DNA of 64,000 nucleotides from contig CAYYQL010000004.1 in assembly GCA_964473825.1 (NCBI GenBank), forward strand, positions 32,001 to 96,000, in the 5' to 3' direction. Position numbers and translations under genes: made by a program. Positions 26,840 to 36,527 of the stretch are shown one piece after another. The DNA comes from an uncultured archaeon. GTDB taxonomy: Archaea; Asgardarchaeota; Thorarchaeia; Thorarchaeales; Thorarchaeaceae. Below the pieces are notes generated by a model, which ran no database searches, was not told where the DNA came from, and worked only from the letters and a program-made list of their open reading frames with translations. Each line of letters starts with the position of its first letter. The stretch's first letter is position 1.

Positions 26840-29445
26840 CCCCTGTCTAAACGGCGAAGAGCACTTGCTAACTCCTCTACCAGTTTCTGGACTGAGAGTG
26901 CATCCAGACTCACCGTACTTCTGTTCGCTGTCCTTGGCGAGTCAACGGAGCTCCGTGTTTCGAGTCTTAGAAGTTCAAAGCATTGGCTAGGAAGCACATC
27001 GATGAATCCCTGAGCCGCGTCATCTGAAGTGTCCCCTGAATCTCCGATGAGAATTGCCAGTGTCGGGCGCGACATACCAAAGTCATCTGTGTATTCGCCA
27101 ATCGCCCGATACGAGTTGGCAATTGCCTGGTCAGATTTCTCCTCTTGTAGGGCATCAAGTACGAATAGCTTCAGCGCGGTCTTCACCTCAGGGGACTCCA
27201 AATCTCTGTCAAAGTCGACGAAATCCTGAATGTCTTGGCCGTGTTGAATAGAGAACTTCCTCAGCCGCTCTCCGGCTATGCAGAGACCTAACCTTCCCTC
27301 TGACCTGTTCTCCTCTAATGATCCAAGGATGAGCAGTGCCGATACTACAGCTCCTTGGAAACGAGATGTATACGCTTCCGAAATGTCGAGAAGATCTGAG
27401 TAGCTTCCTAACCCCTGAAGGATGTCTTTGAGTTTCAAGGAAACAGAATATGGAGCCTCTATCCTCAAATCCTTGACAGTCATCTGTCTACTGAGCGCGA
27501 TACAGATTATGACATCAACATCCAGAAGGAATTCAGGCTGTGTGACAACTATTTCTGCCTTTGTCAAATCTGCCGTTTCGCCTGTCTTTATGGGGGGGTT
27601 CGTTCTGATCAGCTCAAGCGACAGACTTTCCCGAGTTGTAAACGGGTACACCTTACTGCCCCTTCCCAGAAGAAGCGGTCGGATAGTTTCTTCTGTCTGG
27701 TTTGATTGCAGATGAAGATATGACGACATCTCTCCTGGATCTACATTTTCTTGCGCTCTTGTGACGAAGATAGCTCTGTCAACCTTGGTTATGTTCTCCT
27801 GATATTCGGTTAGATCTATCTCCTCGCCAGACTCCAGACCGAGGCCTCTTCGATCGTCATCGGAGATAACTGCTGTTCTAGGTGCTATATCATGGCCCGG
27901 CAGACTTCTTGCCACCCACCATTGCCCCTTTCTCTGACTCTGGGCCAGAAGATTGTCTGCTGTCCTGCCAAGCGCGTCGATGTTCACATCAGCAAGACGC
28001 AGATATCCGCGCGGTACATCGCCGGTATCGAGTCGATATCTCAATGCAGCCAGTAGCTCCTGTGGTCTTCTAACGTTGAGGCATTTGGTCAGAGCGGTAA
28101 CATACGCGTTGAGTTGAATTGGCGAATCAAACACGATTGACGAAGTTCTAGAGTGCGATTTCACGAGGGTTCTCAAAGCGTTCGGGTCTTCAGAAACATC
28201 CGCCACATCAAACCGAGGACTCCAGGTGCAGATCTCAAGGCTACTGTTCGGATTCTCTCTTACAATCAGTGTTGTCCCACTCTTTGCCTGTTCATCCAAG
28301 AGCGTAAGGACATAGGTTGAGGTGTCAACTGTCCCTGATTCTTCATCATACAAGTAGTTGAACGATTCGAGTCTGTAATCTCTGCTAGAGGTGAGTATCT
28401 TAATCACTCTCTGCAGTTCTTGCATGGCAGGCCTACCTAGATGCCCTTCTGCAACTACACCCCCCTCTCGATCTTGGTATTTGAGATGTGGCGGTCTGAG
28501 TGGGATAACGGACAGAATGTTTCCGCTGAGCATTCGCTGGATGTCTTCTGGTGATGCATCGAGGTTCTTGCTCAGAAGATAGCTGAGTATCTCAGGTATT
28601 CCATCCCCCACGTTGGTCTCAGGGTAGTTCGTTCCAAATATTATGCGTTCAGACCAGCGGTTTCCGAGCTTCGTTTTCAGGGCTCTAATCAGTGAAGAGA
28701 GAGAAACAATGGTTGCCCCTGCTGTCAATATACGTGAATTGGGGATCTCAACAAGTTTTTCGATTTTATCAGCCCACTTCTTATGGTCGAGAACGTGAAG
28801 GATTACTGCTGGAGTTCCCAGCTTGGCGTCTTTCAGGAGGATGAGCCACTTCAGAACCTCATCCAGTTCATCAGACTCATCGAGTTGGATGAGTATTGCC
28901 CTTCCCCTCTTAACTAGACGAAGAATGTCGTTCCGGTATGCACCCTCCATCGTCTGCGCGATTTCGTTTGCTCTAACTGAGCTAGTGAAGCCCTCCTGCG
29001 ATCCTCTCTCCCTGGTCTCTTGAATTCTGAAGAATCGTCCTCCGTATTGGCCGTCTCTCGTTAGTTCTCTCACCATTCTTGAACTCTTCTCTTGGTTCCT
29101 CCTTGATAGATCCAGACCTCCAACGCTAAGAAGTGGTTTGACGGAGAACTGATCGACAAACCATTCGGTATCTCGTGCTCCAGCTGGTCCTCCGCACAGG
29201 CGAGCCAAGAAAGGTGGTTTCTTGAGATGGGCATAGGCCCTTCGAGGTAGATAACGGTACGAATGCTTGTAGTTGGCAACCAAGGAAAGAAGCTGTCCCT
29301 CCACTCGCGACACGTATGCAAGAGCTCTGTCAGGGTCGAAAGTCTTCTCGTGGCTGTTGAGGCTGACTACACCGAGCTGCATACAACCATCTACGACAAG
29401 GAACCGATAGATCTCTCTTGTCTTGAGGTCTTCAACAACCAGCAT
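26821..29445 (-). CDS. Degenerate amidohydrolase + linker domain + Cdc48-N-like + degenerate vWA fusion
   Basis: Colinear similarity to 29591-31078 (RWSERIIFGTNYP...YLLSKNLDASPEDIQRMLSGNI) and to 31082-32440 (DVIICIALSRQMTVKDL...SRFQGAVVSALL); metal ligands lost. Confidence 0.8.
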   Translation of the reverse strand: MLVVEDLKTREIYRFLVVDGCMQLGVVSLNSHEKTFDPDRALAYVSRVEGQLLSLVANYKHSYRYLPRRAYAHLKKPPFLARLCGGPAGARDTEWFVDQFSVKPLLSVGGLDLSRRNQEKSSRMVRELTRDGQYGGRFFRIQETRERGSQEGFTSSVRANEIAQTMEGAYRNDILRLVKRGRAILIQLDESDELDEVLKWLILLKDAKLGTPAVILHVLDHKKWADKIEKLVEIPNSRILTAGATIVSLSSLIRALKTKLGNRWSERIIFGTNYPETNVGDGIPEILSYLLSKNLDASPEDIQRMLSGNILSVIPLRPPHLKYQDREGGVVAEGHLGRPAMQELQRVIKILTSSRDYRLESFNYLYDEESGTVDTSTYVLTLLDEQAKSGTTLIVRENPNSSLEICTWSPRFDVADVSEDPNALRTLVKSHSRTSSIVFDSPIQLNAYVTALTKCLNVRRPQELLAALRYRLDTGDVPRGYLRLADVNIDALGRTADNLLAQSQRKGQWWVARSLPGHDIAPRTAVISDDDRRGLGLESGEEIDLTEYQENITKVDRAIFVTRAQENVDPGEMSSYLHLQSNQTEETIRPLLLGRGSKVYPFTTRESLSLELIRTNPPIKTGETADLTKAEIVVTQPEFLLDVDVIICIALSRQMTVKDLRIEAPYSVSLKLKDILQGLGSYSDLLDISEAYTSRFQGAVVSALLILGSLEENRSEGRLGLCIAGERLRKFSIQHGQDIQDFVDFDRDLESPEVKTALKLFVLDALQEEKSDQAIANSYRAIGEYTDDFGMSRPTLAILIGDSGDTSDDAAQGFIDVLPSQCFELLRLETRSSVDSPRTANRSTVSLDALSVQKLVEELASALRRLDRGQSSSR

Positions 29446-29590
29446 TAATCGTTCCCTCTTATCACTACGTATTTACTCTGGGCTCTACAGATATATGCAT
29501 AATGCGGGTGTTTAAGGAGCAATTCTTTGGAACGTACAGTAACAGTTTATGAGGGTCATCTACGTGCATCTCTACGGAGAGAAACTATCG

Positions 29591-31078
29591 ATGCTCATCG
29601 TCCGAGCTGTAGAGAATATCCCAGAACATGGTATCAAGCGAGACGACGAGTTCTCTTTGTATATAGTCGATTCTCACCATCATATGGGCCGCGAAGGTGG
29701 CCATCAGAACACCCCTTCTTCTGCCTACGAATTCTACACGTTGCTCTGGTTTGAACTGAAGAGCGCCGCTGAGAAGTACATGGATGCTGACTCTCTTCTT
29801 TTCGAACCGGTTGGCACAACACCTGTTCCTCTGACAGAGCAAGTACTCCAGGCAAGGGAATCTTGGTCATCTATGGGCCATGGTTGGCTTGTGGACCGAA
29901 CCGTCGTGTTTCCCTTTACTGATGACTACGCCAAATCAGGAGTGCCCGATTCTCCATCGTTCAGTGTATCTAATAACAAGATCTCGGGTTGGACCAGCCG
30001 TGCTCCACATTCTAGTCGTCTCATCGGCTTCGGCAGAGTCGACCCCACTGATGCTAGATATGGGAAACCCAACATCGCGGTGAGCGAGATCGAACGATGC
30101 CGAGATGTGCTAGGCCTTAGAGGTCTCAAACTACATCCACTTGCCCAGTTGTTTGTTGAGGAGATTGAGAATGAATCGACACGGGAAGTTGTTATGCGTG
30201 CTACCGAACTCTTCATGCCCATAGTTTTCGACACAAGGAATTCTAAGACTGTTGAACGAATCATGCGTCTAACTGAGGATATCATATCGACAGAGAAAGT
30301 GGGGATTCCCACAGTCATACTGGCTCATTGTGGGATGAGTCCCGGGAGTGAGTTTCTCTACGACGCCCTGTCAAGAACGTCTCTTTACGGTGACACATCA
30401 TCGCTACATGGAAATGATGTACCGGTGCTCTTCGAGACTGCCCACGAGCGGATCAAGTCTGATGCCTTCCGATGGTCTGAGAAGCTTCTATTTGGAACTG
30501 ATTATAGTTTCTTGACTACACAGGCGATAGATGTCATATTGTACCTCCTATCGAGAGACTTTCCCGGCACTCCAGCTGATATTCAAAGGATTCTCGGCGG
30601 CAACATCATGGGAGTCATCAACAGACCGTATCACACTAGGCATTACAGCAAAACTAAGCCTCGTCATCTCATCTCGACGAACTACCAGACGTCTCGTGAT
30701 GTAATCCAGAGGGCTTTGTGCAAGCAGCTGTCTGATGGTGATGTTGAGCTTCTGTCCATTGACTATATGATTCCACCCAAGCATACCTGGCCTGATATAC
30801 CAACGTCTAAGATGGGAAATGGGTTTCATCTCGACAACCTCTTCATCACCGTGCGTGCTGCATCGTCTGATGCTGTGATACACATCTGGTTGCGTCGTCT
30901 CCCTGATGATACAATGAGTCTTGCGTTAATAGACAGTGGGAGTGAACTCTCACCACGGACTCTTGAACTATCATCAGAAACAATGCCTCTGGCGCTAGAA
31001 GAGTGGCTCTTCGAGAAAGTTGAGAGGGCTAATGAGCATCAAGAATTGAACTCCCTCCTAGAACAGGCTCTTGCATAG
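29591..31078 (+). CDS. Amidohydrolase_2-family metal-dependent hydrolase with C-terminal extra domain
   Basis: VDSHHHMG, FGRVDP, GLRGLKLHP, ILAHCG and LLFGTDY. Confidence 0.85.
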   Translation: MLIVRAVENIPEHGIKRDDEFSLYIVDSHHHMGREGGHQNTPSSAYEFYTLLWFELKSAAEKYMDADSLLFEPVGTTPVPLTEQVLQARESWSSMGHGWLVDRTVVFPFTDDYAKSGVPDSPSFSVSNNKISGWTSRAPHSSRLIGFGRVDPTDARYGKPNIAVSEIERCRDVLGLRGLKLHPLAQLFVEEIENESTREVVMRATELFMPIVFDTRNSKTVERIMRLTEDIISTEKVGIPTVILAHCGMSPGSEFLYDALSRTSLYGDTSSLHGNDVPVLFETAHERIKSDAFRWSEKLLFGTDYSFLTTQAIDVILYLLSRDFPGTPADIQRILGGNIMGVINRPYHTRHYSKTKPRHLISTNYQTSRDVIQRALCKQLSDGDVELLSIDYMIPPKHTWPDIPTSKMGNGFHLDNLFITVRAASSDAVIHIWLRRLPDDTMSLALIDSGSELSPRTLELSSETMPLALEEWLFEKVERANEHQELNSLLEQALA

Positions 31079-31081
31079 AGA

Positions 31082-32440
31082 TTGATGCCACCACTCTTTA
31101 TAACGACACAGGCACTATTCAAGACGAATTCGACTTTGGAGGCCGCAGCAATAACGAGAAAAATCGAAGTTGAGATTCTGGACGGTGGTAATCAAAGAGG
31201 CTTTGCCCTGCTGAATCCAGAAACCATGAAACAGTTGGATGCTGAGATTGGTTCAATAGTCCTGTTTGAAGATCCTCAGAGCAGTTTCTGGGGAGCAGCT
31301 GAGGTTAGAAAGAATGAGGATCTGGATGAAGGGAAGATAGAGGTCGACACTCTTGTCTTGGAGGCATCTCTCTTGATGGAAGGAGATTTGGTCGATCTAC
31401 AACTCTATGATGAAGATATGATCGCGCTAGAATACGTCGAGTTCGGGCTCAAACCCTTGACCGAGGATGCAAACACTGATGACCTTGTTTCTCGAGCATC
31501 TAAGAGGGTGAAGAGTCTAGAGCAGTTGGTGGGTGGGCGTCTCGTATATCCGGGAATGTCGTTTAGCTGGCCTGAAATGGAAGTTAAAGTTGAGATTCTG
31601 AAGACTCGTCCCTCATTAACAGGCAAGAATTTCGCAAAGCTCGCCTTTGAGGCTCTGAGAGAGAAGACTGGCTACCAATTCAAGACCGTTGGCATTGCTA
31701 GCCCATTCAATGCTATTCTCTGCATTGACACAAGTGGGTCAATGAAGACAACTGATGTACCCGTTCAGGACATAGCTCATGCAAGAGAGGGTCTGAAAGA
31801 TTTGGCTGGTGATAATCCAGAGGTCCATAGTTTTCTGAACCGCTTCGATGAAGGAGCCAGAGTGAGCCGGGCTGAGGCGGCAGCAATGGCTGTCTTGCTG
31901 TATCTGGCAGAGAAAGTTGGGCGAGGTTACGGTGAGAAGGTGGGAGTCATCACGTTCGAAAAAGAAGTGAGCGAGATGACCTTCCTTGACTCCGAGACTG
32001 GTGCCGTGAAACCATATGTTGAATGCACGGGTCGGGAGAAGGCTCTAGGGTTGCAGATAATCAGCACCCACGTTGTAGACAAAGTAGAGGAGGGTGGCAC
32101 GCTTACTGACATGGGAACCGCACTGCTCAAGACACGAGAAATCCTCGATGCATTTGGAGATGAGTCTAAACCCGCCATGTTGATTATGCTCACTGATGGA
32201 ATGACGACAGCTGGGTCTCCTCCTCTGAAGGTGCTGAAGGAGCATTTTCCCAACAGAGATAGACTGGTGATTTACTGCATTGGTTTAGGCGAGAGAAGTG
32301 AGATTGATGAGGAGCTGATGCTGGCCATGGCTCAATACGGTAACGGCACATATCGCCATGTTGACAACATGAGGGATCTTCTAGAGTGGTATGGAAGGCT
32401 TGCTAGTGAGTTCGCAGTGGTGATACGAGGACGCGACTAA
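31082..32440 (+). CDS. Cdc48-N/Ufd1-like domain + vWA with intact MIDAS
   Basis: RGFALLNPETMKQLDAEIGSIV (double-psi barrel as in Cdc48/VAT-N), GGRLVYPG...VEILKTRP; ILCIDTSGSM, TDMGTAL, MLTDG and IYCIGLG; start probably ~31136-31151. Confidence 0.8.
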   Translation: MMPPLFITTQALFKTNSTLEAAAITRKIEVEILDGGNQRGFALLNPETMKQLDAEIGSIVLFEDPQSSFWGAAEVRKNEDLDEGKIEVDTLVLEASLLMEGDLVDLQLYDEDMIALEYVEFGLKPLTEDANTDDLVSRASKRVKSLEQLVGGRLVYPGMSFSWPEMEVKVEILKTRPSLTGKNFAKLAFEALREKTGYQFKTVGIASPFNAILCIDTSGSMKTTDVPVQDIAHAREGLKDLAGDNPEVHSFLNRFDEGARVSRAEAAAMAVLLYLAEKVGRGYGEKVGVITFEKEVSEMTFLDSETGAVKPYVECTGREKALGLQIISTHVVDKVEEGGTLTDMGTALLKTREILDAFGDESKPAMLIMLTDGMTTAGSPPLKVLKEHFPNRDRLVIYCIGLGERSEIDEELMLAMAQYGNGTYRHVDNMRDLLEWYGRLASEFAVVIRGRD

Positions 32441-32441
32441 G

Positions 32442-33623
32442 TCATTCATGACTCATGGCGTCAGCGAGCCCCCTGAGGCTTTCCTCATCCATTTCTCTTA
32501 TCTGGTCCTCAGGGAGGCCTGCGAGTACATCTTCTGGTATGCTTCTGAGGAGTTTTGCCTTTTTCCTGCCGTATTTCTGAACCAGTTCGTCGCTTTCTTC
32601 TTCCTTGCTTGACTTGACCAGTTCCTGAAGCTCGTCCCTAGTCAGCTTCGCTATTGCTGCATCCGTCATTGACTCTTTGACATCATCTGGTAGTTCAGAA
32701 ATCAGCTTGTCTTTTTCATCTTGATCTTCTGCCTCTTCAGCAGAGCCCACCAAAGCTTCTAGTTCCTCGATGCTCAAATCATTCAGAGTTTCTTCCGGTA
32801 CAGAATCGAGAACTTCCTTCGGTATCTTTGCAAGTAGTTGCTTTCGAGTGGGTCCTTTTCTAACACGCTTGACCCTCTTGACCTTGCGAACCTTTACTTT
32901 CTTTTTCGCTGGCTTCTTTTTCGCCTTCTCATCTGATGGCTCTTGTAGAGAGTCTACCAGCTCTCTTGCAGTCTTGGCTGTGAGCCGTCGGATATCTTCT
33001 ATCGGCAGGGATTCTCTCACGTCACTCGGCAGTTCTGATAGAATCTCCTCTACTTCAGGGTCAAGTGAGGGGCCCTTTTTCCGAGATGGTGATTCAAGAT
33101 CATCCTTCTTCTCTTCTAGGATGATTGGAGTTTCCATATCCTCAATGAACTCCTCAACATCGACCTCGATGTCGAATTCCTCCTTTCTCCATCTCATGTA
33201 TTGATCTATGGCCTTGGGTCGAACCTTCAACGAGAGAAGATACGTACGAATCTCGTCTTCCAACATTTCGGGAAAGTCGGCCATGACCCTCTCGATGTCC
33301 TCTTCGGGAAGTCGCGCCCATATCGGGCCACTTACAAGCTTGGATAGCCCGGCGGCACAATGAGAACGCACCCAAGTGTTCTCGTCCTTGAGTCCTTTGA
33401 GAAGGTCGGGGATTGTCTTGGGCTGATGATACCATGCCAGCGTCTGAGCAGCTGCTATCCGTACGTCTACTTCGTCATCATCAAGTGATTTTGCTATCTC
33501 GTCCACTATGTTGGGGTCATTCATATCTGCCGCGGCCAGCAGTGCTCTCTCTCGTATTGTCTCTGATGGATCCGAGAATGCCTTGACAAGAGCATTTCTC
33601 ACTCTCTTGTCCTCCCGTGCCAT
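32442..33623 (-). CDS. HEAT-repeat protein with four C-terminal ~33-aa helical repeats and a Lys-rich patch
   Basis: D.SETIRERA, D.EVDVRIAAA and D.NTWVRSHCA HEAT repeats; repeats of (L/I)PxDV/(I)PKEV; KKKPAKKKVKVRKVKRVKRVRK; start set at MAREDK. Confidence 0.85.
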   Translation of the reverse strand: MAREDKRVRNALVKAFSDPSETIRERALLAAADMNDPNIVDEIAKSLDDDEVDVRIAAAQTLAWYHQPKTIPDLLKGLKDENTWVRSHCAAGLSKLVSGPIWARLPEEDIERVMADFPEMLEDEIRTYLLSLKVRPKAIDQYMRWRKEEFDIEVDVEEFIEDMETPIILEEKKDDLESPSRKKGPSLDPEVEEILSELPSDVRESLPIEDIRRLTAKTARELVDSLQEPSDEKAKKKPAKKKVKVRKVKRVKRVRKGPTRKQLLAKIPKEVLDSVPEETLNDLSIEELEALVGSAEEAEDQDEKDKLISELPDDVKESMTDAAIAKLTRDELQELVKSSKEEESDELVQKYGRKKAKLLRSIPEDVLAGLPEDQIREMDEESLRGLADAMSHE

Positions 33624-33846
33624 TCTACCCACTTTTTCGGTTTCAAACTCCAACAGCAACCGACGTGTTTCCGACAATCGAGCTCTCTCCTGACGATACT
33701 CTGTCTTCCTATAGGTAATATACATAGTGGCTCTCTATAGTCTAACGTAATCAATTCTTGACAGATACTTAAATCACTTGGCTGAATGTATCTATATACA
33801 CCCGATATAATCCTGGTGTTACGCACCACACAAGATTTAGGAGGGA

Positions 33847-34710
33847 ATGAATCTCACAGAAATGATATCCATGAGTGATGAGCAAAAGGACAAGCTGTTT
33901 CGGGTCTTGCTTTTCGTGTTACTCATAACTGGCATCATTGAGATTCAACCACTTCTCAGGGCGTTTCTGTCGGGCGACTTGCTTTCCCTCTCAATGACTC
34001 TTGCTTTCTTTGGTGTTCTATTCCTGATGTATGGCCTTGTGGTCAAATTCTTGGAGATGGAAGGAAAGAACGACTTGTCAACCGTGGGCGTAGATATAGA
34101 CGGTGATGTTTCGCTTGAACTTCTGCTGGGGGGCATAGCGGGAGGTCTAGCTGCTGCATCTGTGTGGGGCATAGGATACGCATTTGGTGCGGATCTCAGA
34201 GACCTAGCACAGATATCAATGGGCCTGATTATCGGCCAGGTATTGATTGGCACCCTTGTCGCTTTCTTCGAAGAACTGGCCTACCGTGGATATATGATGA
34301 CACGGATGTCTGACCTCTGGGGCAGAGGAACAGGAATAGTATTGTCCTCCCTCATTTTCTCACTTCTCCACTTCAGCTGGTGGACTCCTCTTGGTCGTGT
34401 TCCCTTCTCTCTCATACTTCTGTTCACCTTCAATCTCTTCTTGGGTGGTGTAGTCCTTGGAACATCGTACTATCTCTCCGGTGAACGCCTATGGGTTCCG
34501 GTGGGTTTCCATTTCTTATGGAATGTGGTAGCATATGTTTCGTTCCCCACATTCCCTCTAGAACCAGTTTCTAAGCCTGAGTTGTTCCAGATTGAGTGGG
34601 GCATCACTACTATTGTGGGATTTCTGGTTGGCCTAGCGATAGTATACTCTCTACTGCGAGCATTCCACCGAGGGAAGAGTAAGGGACTGCTGCAAGTAGG
34701 TCCCGACTAG
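33847..34710 (+). CDS. CPBP/Abi (CAAX protease-like) intramembrane metalloprotease
   Basis: EELAYRGY, FSLLH and HFLWN. Confidence 0.88.
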   Translation: MNLTEMISMSDEQKDKLFRVLLFVLLITGIIEIQPLLRAFLSGDLLSLSMTLAFFGVLFLMYGLVVKFLEMEGKNDLSTVGVDIDGDVSLELLLGGIAGGLAAASVWGIGYAFGADLRDLAQISMGLIIGQVLIGTLVAFFEELAYRGYMMTRMSDLWGRGTGIVLSSLIFSLLHFSWWTPLGRVPFSLILLFTFNLFLGGVVLGTSYYLSGERLWVPVGFHFLWNVVAYVSFPTFPLEPVSKPELFQIEWGITTIVGFLVGLAIVYSLLRAFHRGKSKGLLQVGPD

Positions 34711-34712
34711 AT

Positions 34713-35507
34713 CTATTCGTTCTCCGGATCAATTCCGGAAGGCTTTGGCTCTTCGTCTTCAGGTGTCGAGCTTAGAAAGTCAGTATTTGTCTGTATCATT
34801 GCAGCCCTAACGACTACATACAGTGATGCAACTATGAGGGCAGCAATCAGCCTCTCGACAGGATAGAGAAAAAGAACCCCTAGGAATATACCTGTCATCG
34901 CTGTGACATCGGCACCGATGATATGAATGAAATACATTGCCGCCAACGAATTGCCTACAGCATTGTCAACCATAACAGCGACGAAGCTAAGAGGATAGAT
35001 CTTCAGACCTTTGGATAGACCGTTCGTATTGTTTCCTGTTTCCCACGGCATTCGAGACGTCAGATTCGGATGTAGTAGGAGTATGATGATGCTGAGGCTT
35101 ACAATGTGAGGTAGAAGAAACGGATAAGCGATGCCCCCGAGAGGCCCTACAAGAAAAGCAACAAGTGACGCGAGGTATACTGCTAAGACCGGGAGTACTC
35201 TACGGGTTCTAAGCCCTCCCGCAGCGAGGGCGCCTGCTCCAGTGGCCAACGGTGTAAATGGCCCAATCACCGCGATTGCGGGATCGAGCATGATAGCAAG
35301 ATATGACCCCATCAGAACTGATATCGGGCCATATATCGGGCCGAGAATGAAACCTATCAATGGGCCGCTGATAATTCCCAGAGATATAATCCCCGTAGTG
35401 CCAAGAACGATGCTGTAGGGGATTAGCGATATCACCAGATGGAGTGCGGCAAATACTCCAGTCAATGCCCAGTGGACTGAGGTCGATTTCTTCAAGGTTT
35501 TACCCAC
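34713..35507 (-). CDS. ECF transporter S-component-like membrane protein
   Basis: ALTGVFAAL, PLIGFILGPIYG and YPVER; ~6 TM. Confidence 0.7.
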   Translation of the reverse strand: MGKTLKKSTSVHWALTGVFAALHLVISLIPYSIVLGTTGIISLGIISGPLIGFILGPIYGPISVLMGSYLAIMLDPAIAVIGPFTPLATGAGALAAGGLRTRRVLPVLAVYLASLVAFLVGPLGGIAYPFLLPHIVSLSIIILLLHPNLTSRMPWETGNNTNGLSKGLKIYPLSFVAVMVDNAVGNSLAAMYFIHIIGADVTAMTGIFLGVLFLYPVERLIAALIVASLYVVVRAAMIQTNTDFLSSTPEDEEPKPSGIDPENE

Positions 35508-35597
35508 ACCTCGAAAACGTAGGAATCCTGGTGATATGTTTGCCTCTTAGTTCTATCTGAACCTGTACTCTATCAGTCAGAGTGAACCTTAGATGGG

Positions 35598-36527
35598 TCA
35601 ATTACTCGATGATGCTAGTAACCAGAAGAACAATCCACCGAGTATCCATACAAAGAGCCCGGCTCCCAATACAACTCCCAGTGCTGCTCCCATCCCTGAA
35701 GAGCCAAAGTTGACATGCATATTCGTGAATCTCTTGAATCCGCCTACGTACTTGGTCTCATAGCCGCAGTGGAACTCCTTGTCTATGATGGCTCCACAGA
35801 TATCACATACGAATCTGTTCTGAGCTACGGCACCAATCAGGCTATCGAGATTGCATCCAATGAACGCAGTCAATATCGATAGGGGCAGGACAAAGAGCAT
35901 CTGGGCTGGATTAGAGATAGGCAGTACTCCCGGAGCGAACGTCGCATATATCAGTGCAATCAGGCCAATAGCAAATCCTGCAAAAATCGCAACAGCCTCT
36001 CCCAGGAGGGAAACCCCGCCAATCGTTCCTGCAGGAACCTTCCTTCGGAGATTGGTAATCAACCTAGGTTTGCTCTTGCTGAATACTCCAACTTCACTAG
36101 CAAGGGTGTCTGCAGAAGTTGTGGCTACAGCTCCGATGAATCCTCCAAACATCCAGAAGGGAATCGACGGATCCACCAATCCTTGGTCTGCGAATGCCTG
36201 ACTCACGTAGATTCCAATGGAGAAAAGCATGGGTATCAGTCCACTACCAAAGACGTTCTTCCAAGATCTCTTGCCTTTTCCTTCTTGAGCCAGATTCCTC
36301 TTGGCCTTTGCCTTGTATTTGAACTTCGTTGCCAGTCCTGCACTAACGAAGAAGAAGAGAAGAATCGTGAATGCGCCGACGCCACCAGTATACCAGACTG
36401 TAAAACCGACTACGAAAGCGCTGATGAGCCCAGAAATGTCAACAAACCCGAGTCTGTAGGTAAGGGCACCAATAATACCCATGACAATGAGCCCCGAAAC
36501 AGCTGGGTGGACCAGTATTTGCATCAT
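35598..36527 (-). CDS. DUF92/TMEM19-family membrane protein
   Basis: RSWKNVFG, ADTLASEVG, PRLIT, GTIGGVSLLG and DSLIGA. Confidence 0.9.
   Translation of the reverse strand: MMQILVHPAVSGLIVMGIIGALTYRLGFVDISGLISAFVVGFTVWYTGGVGAFTILLFFFVSAGLATKFKYKAKAKRNLAQEGKGKRSWKNVFGSGLIPMLFSIGIYVSQAFADQGLVDPSIPFWMFGGFIGAVATTSADTLASEVGVFSKSKPRLITNLRRKVPAGTIGGVSLLGEAVAIFAGFAIGLIALIYATFAPGVLPISNPAQMLFVLPLSILTAFIGCNLDSLIGAVAQNRFVCDICGAIIDKEFHCGYETKYVGGFKRFTNMHVNFGSSGMGAALGVVLGAGLFVWILGGLFFWLLASSSN

Noticed and set aside
23040-32440. Sec23/Sec24 identity for the vWA proteins
   Set aside because: No N-terminal zinc finger, beta-sandwich/helical or gelsolin domains; the N-termini look like Cdc48-N instead
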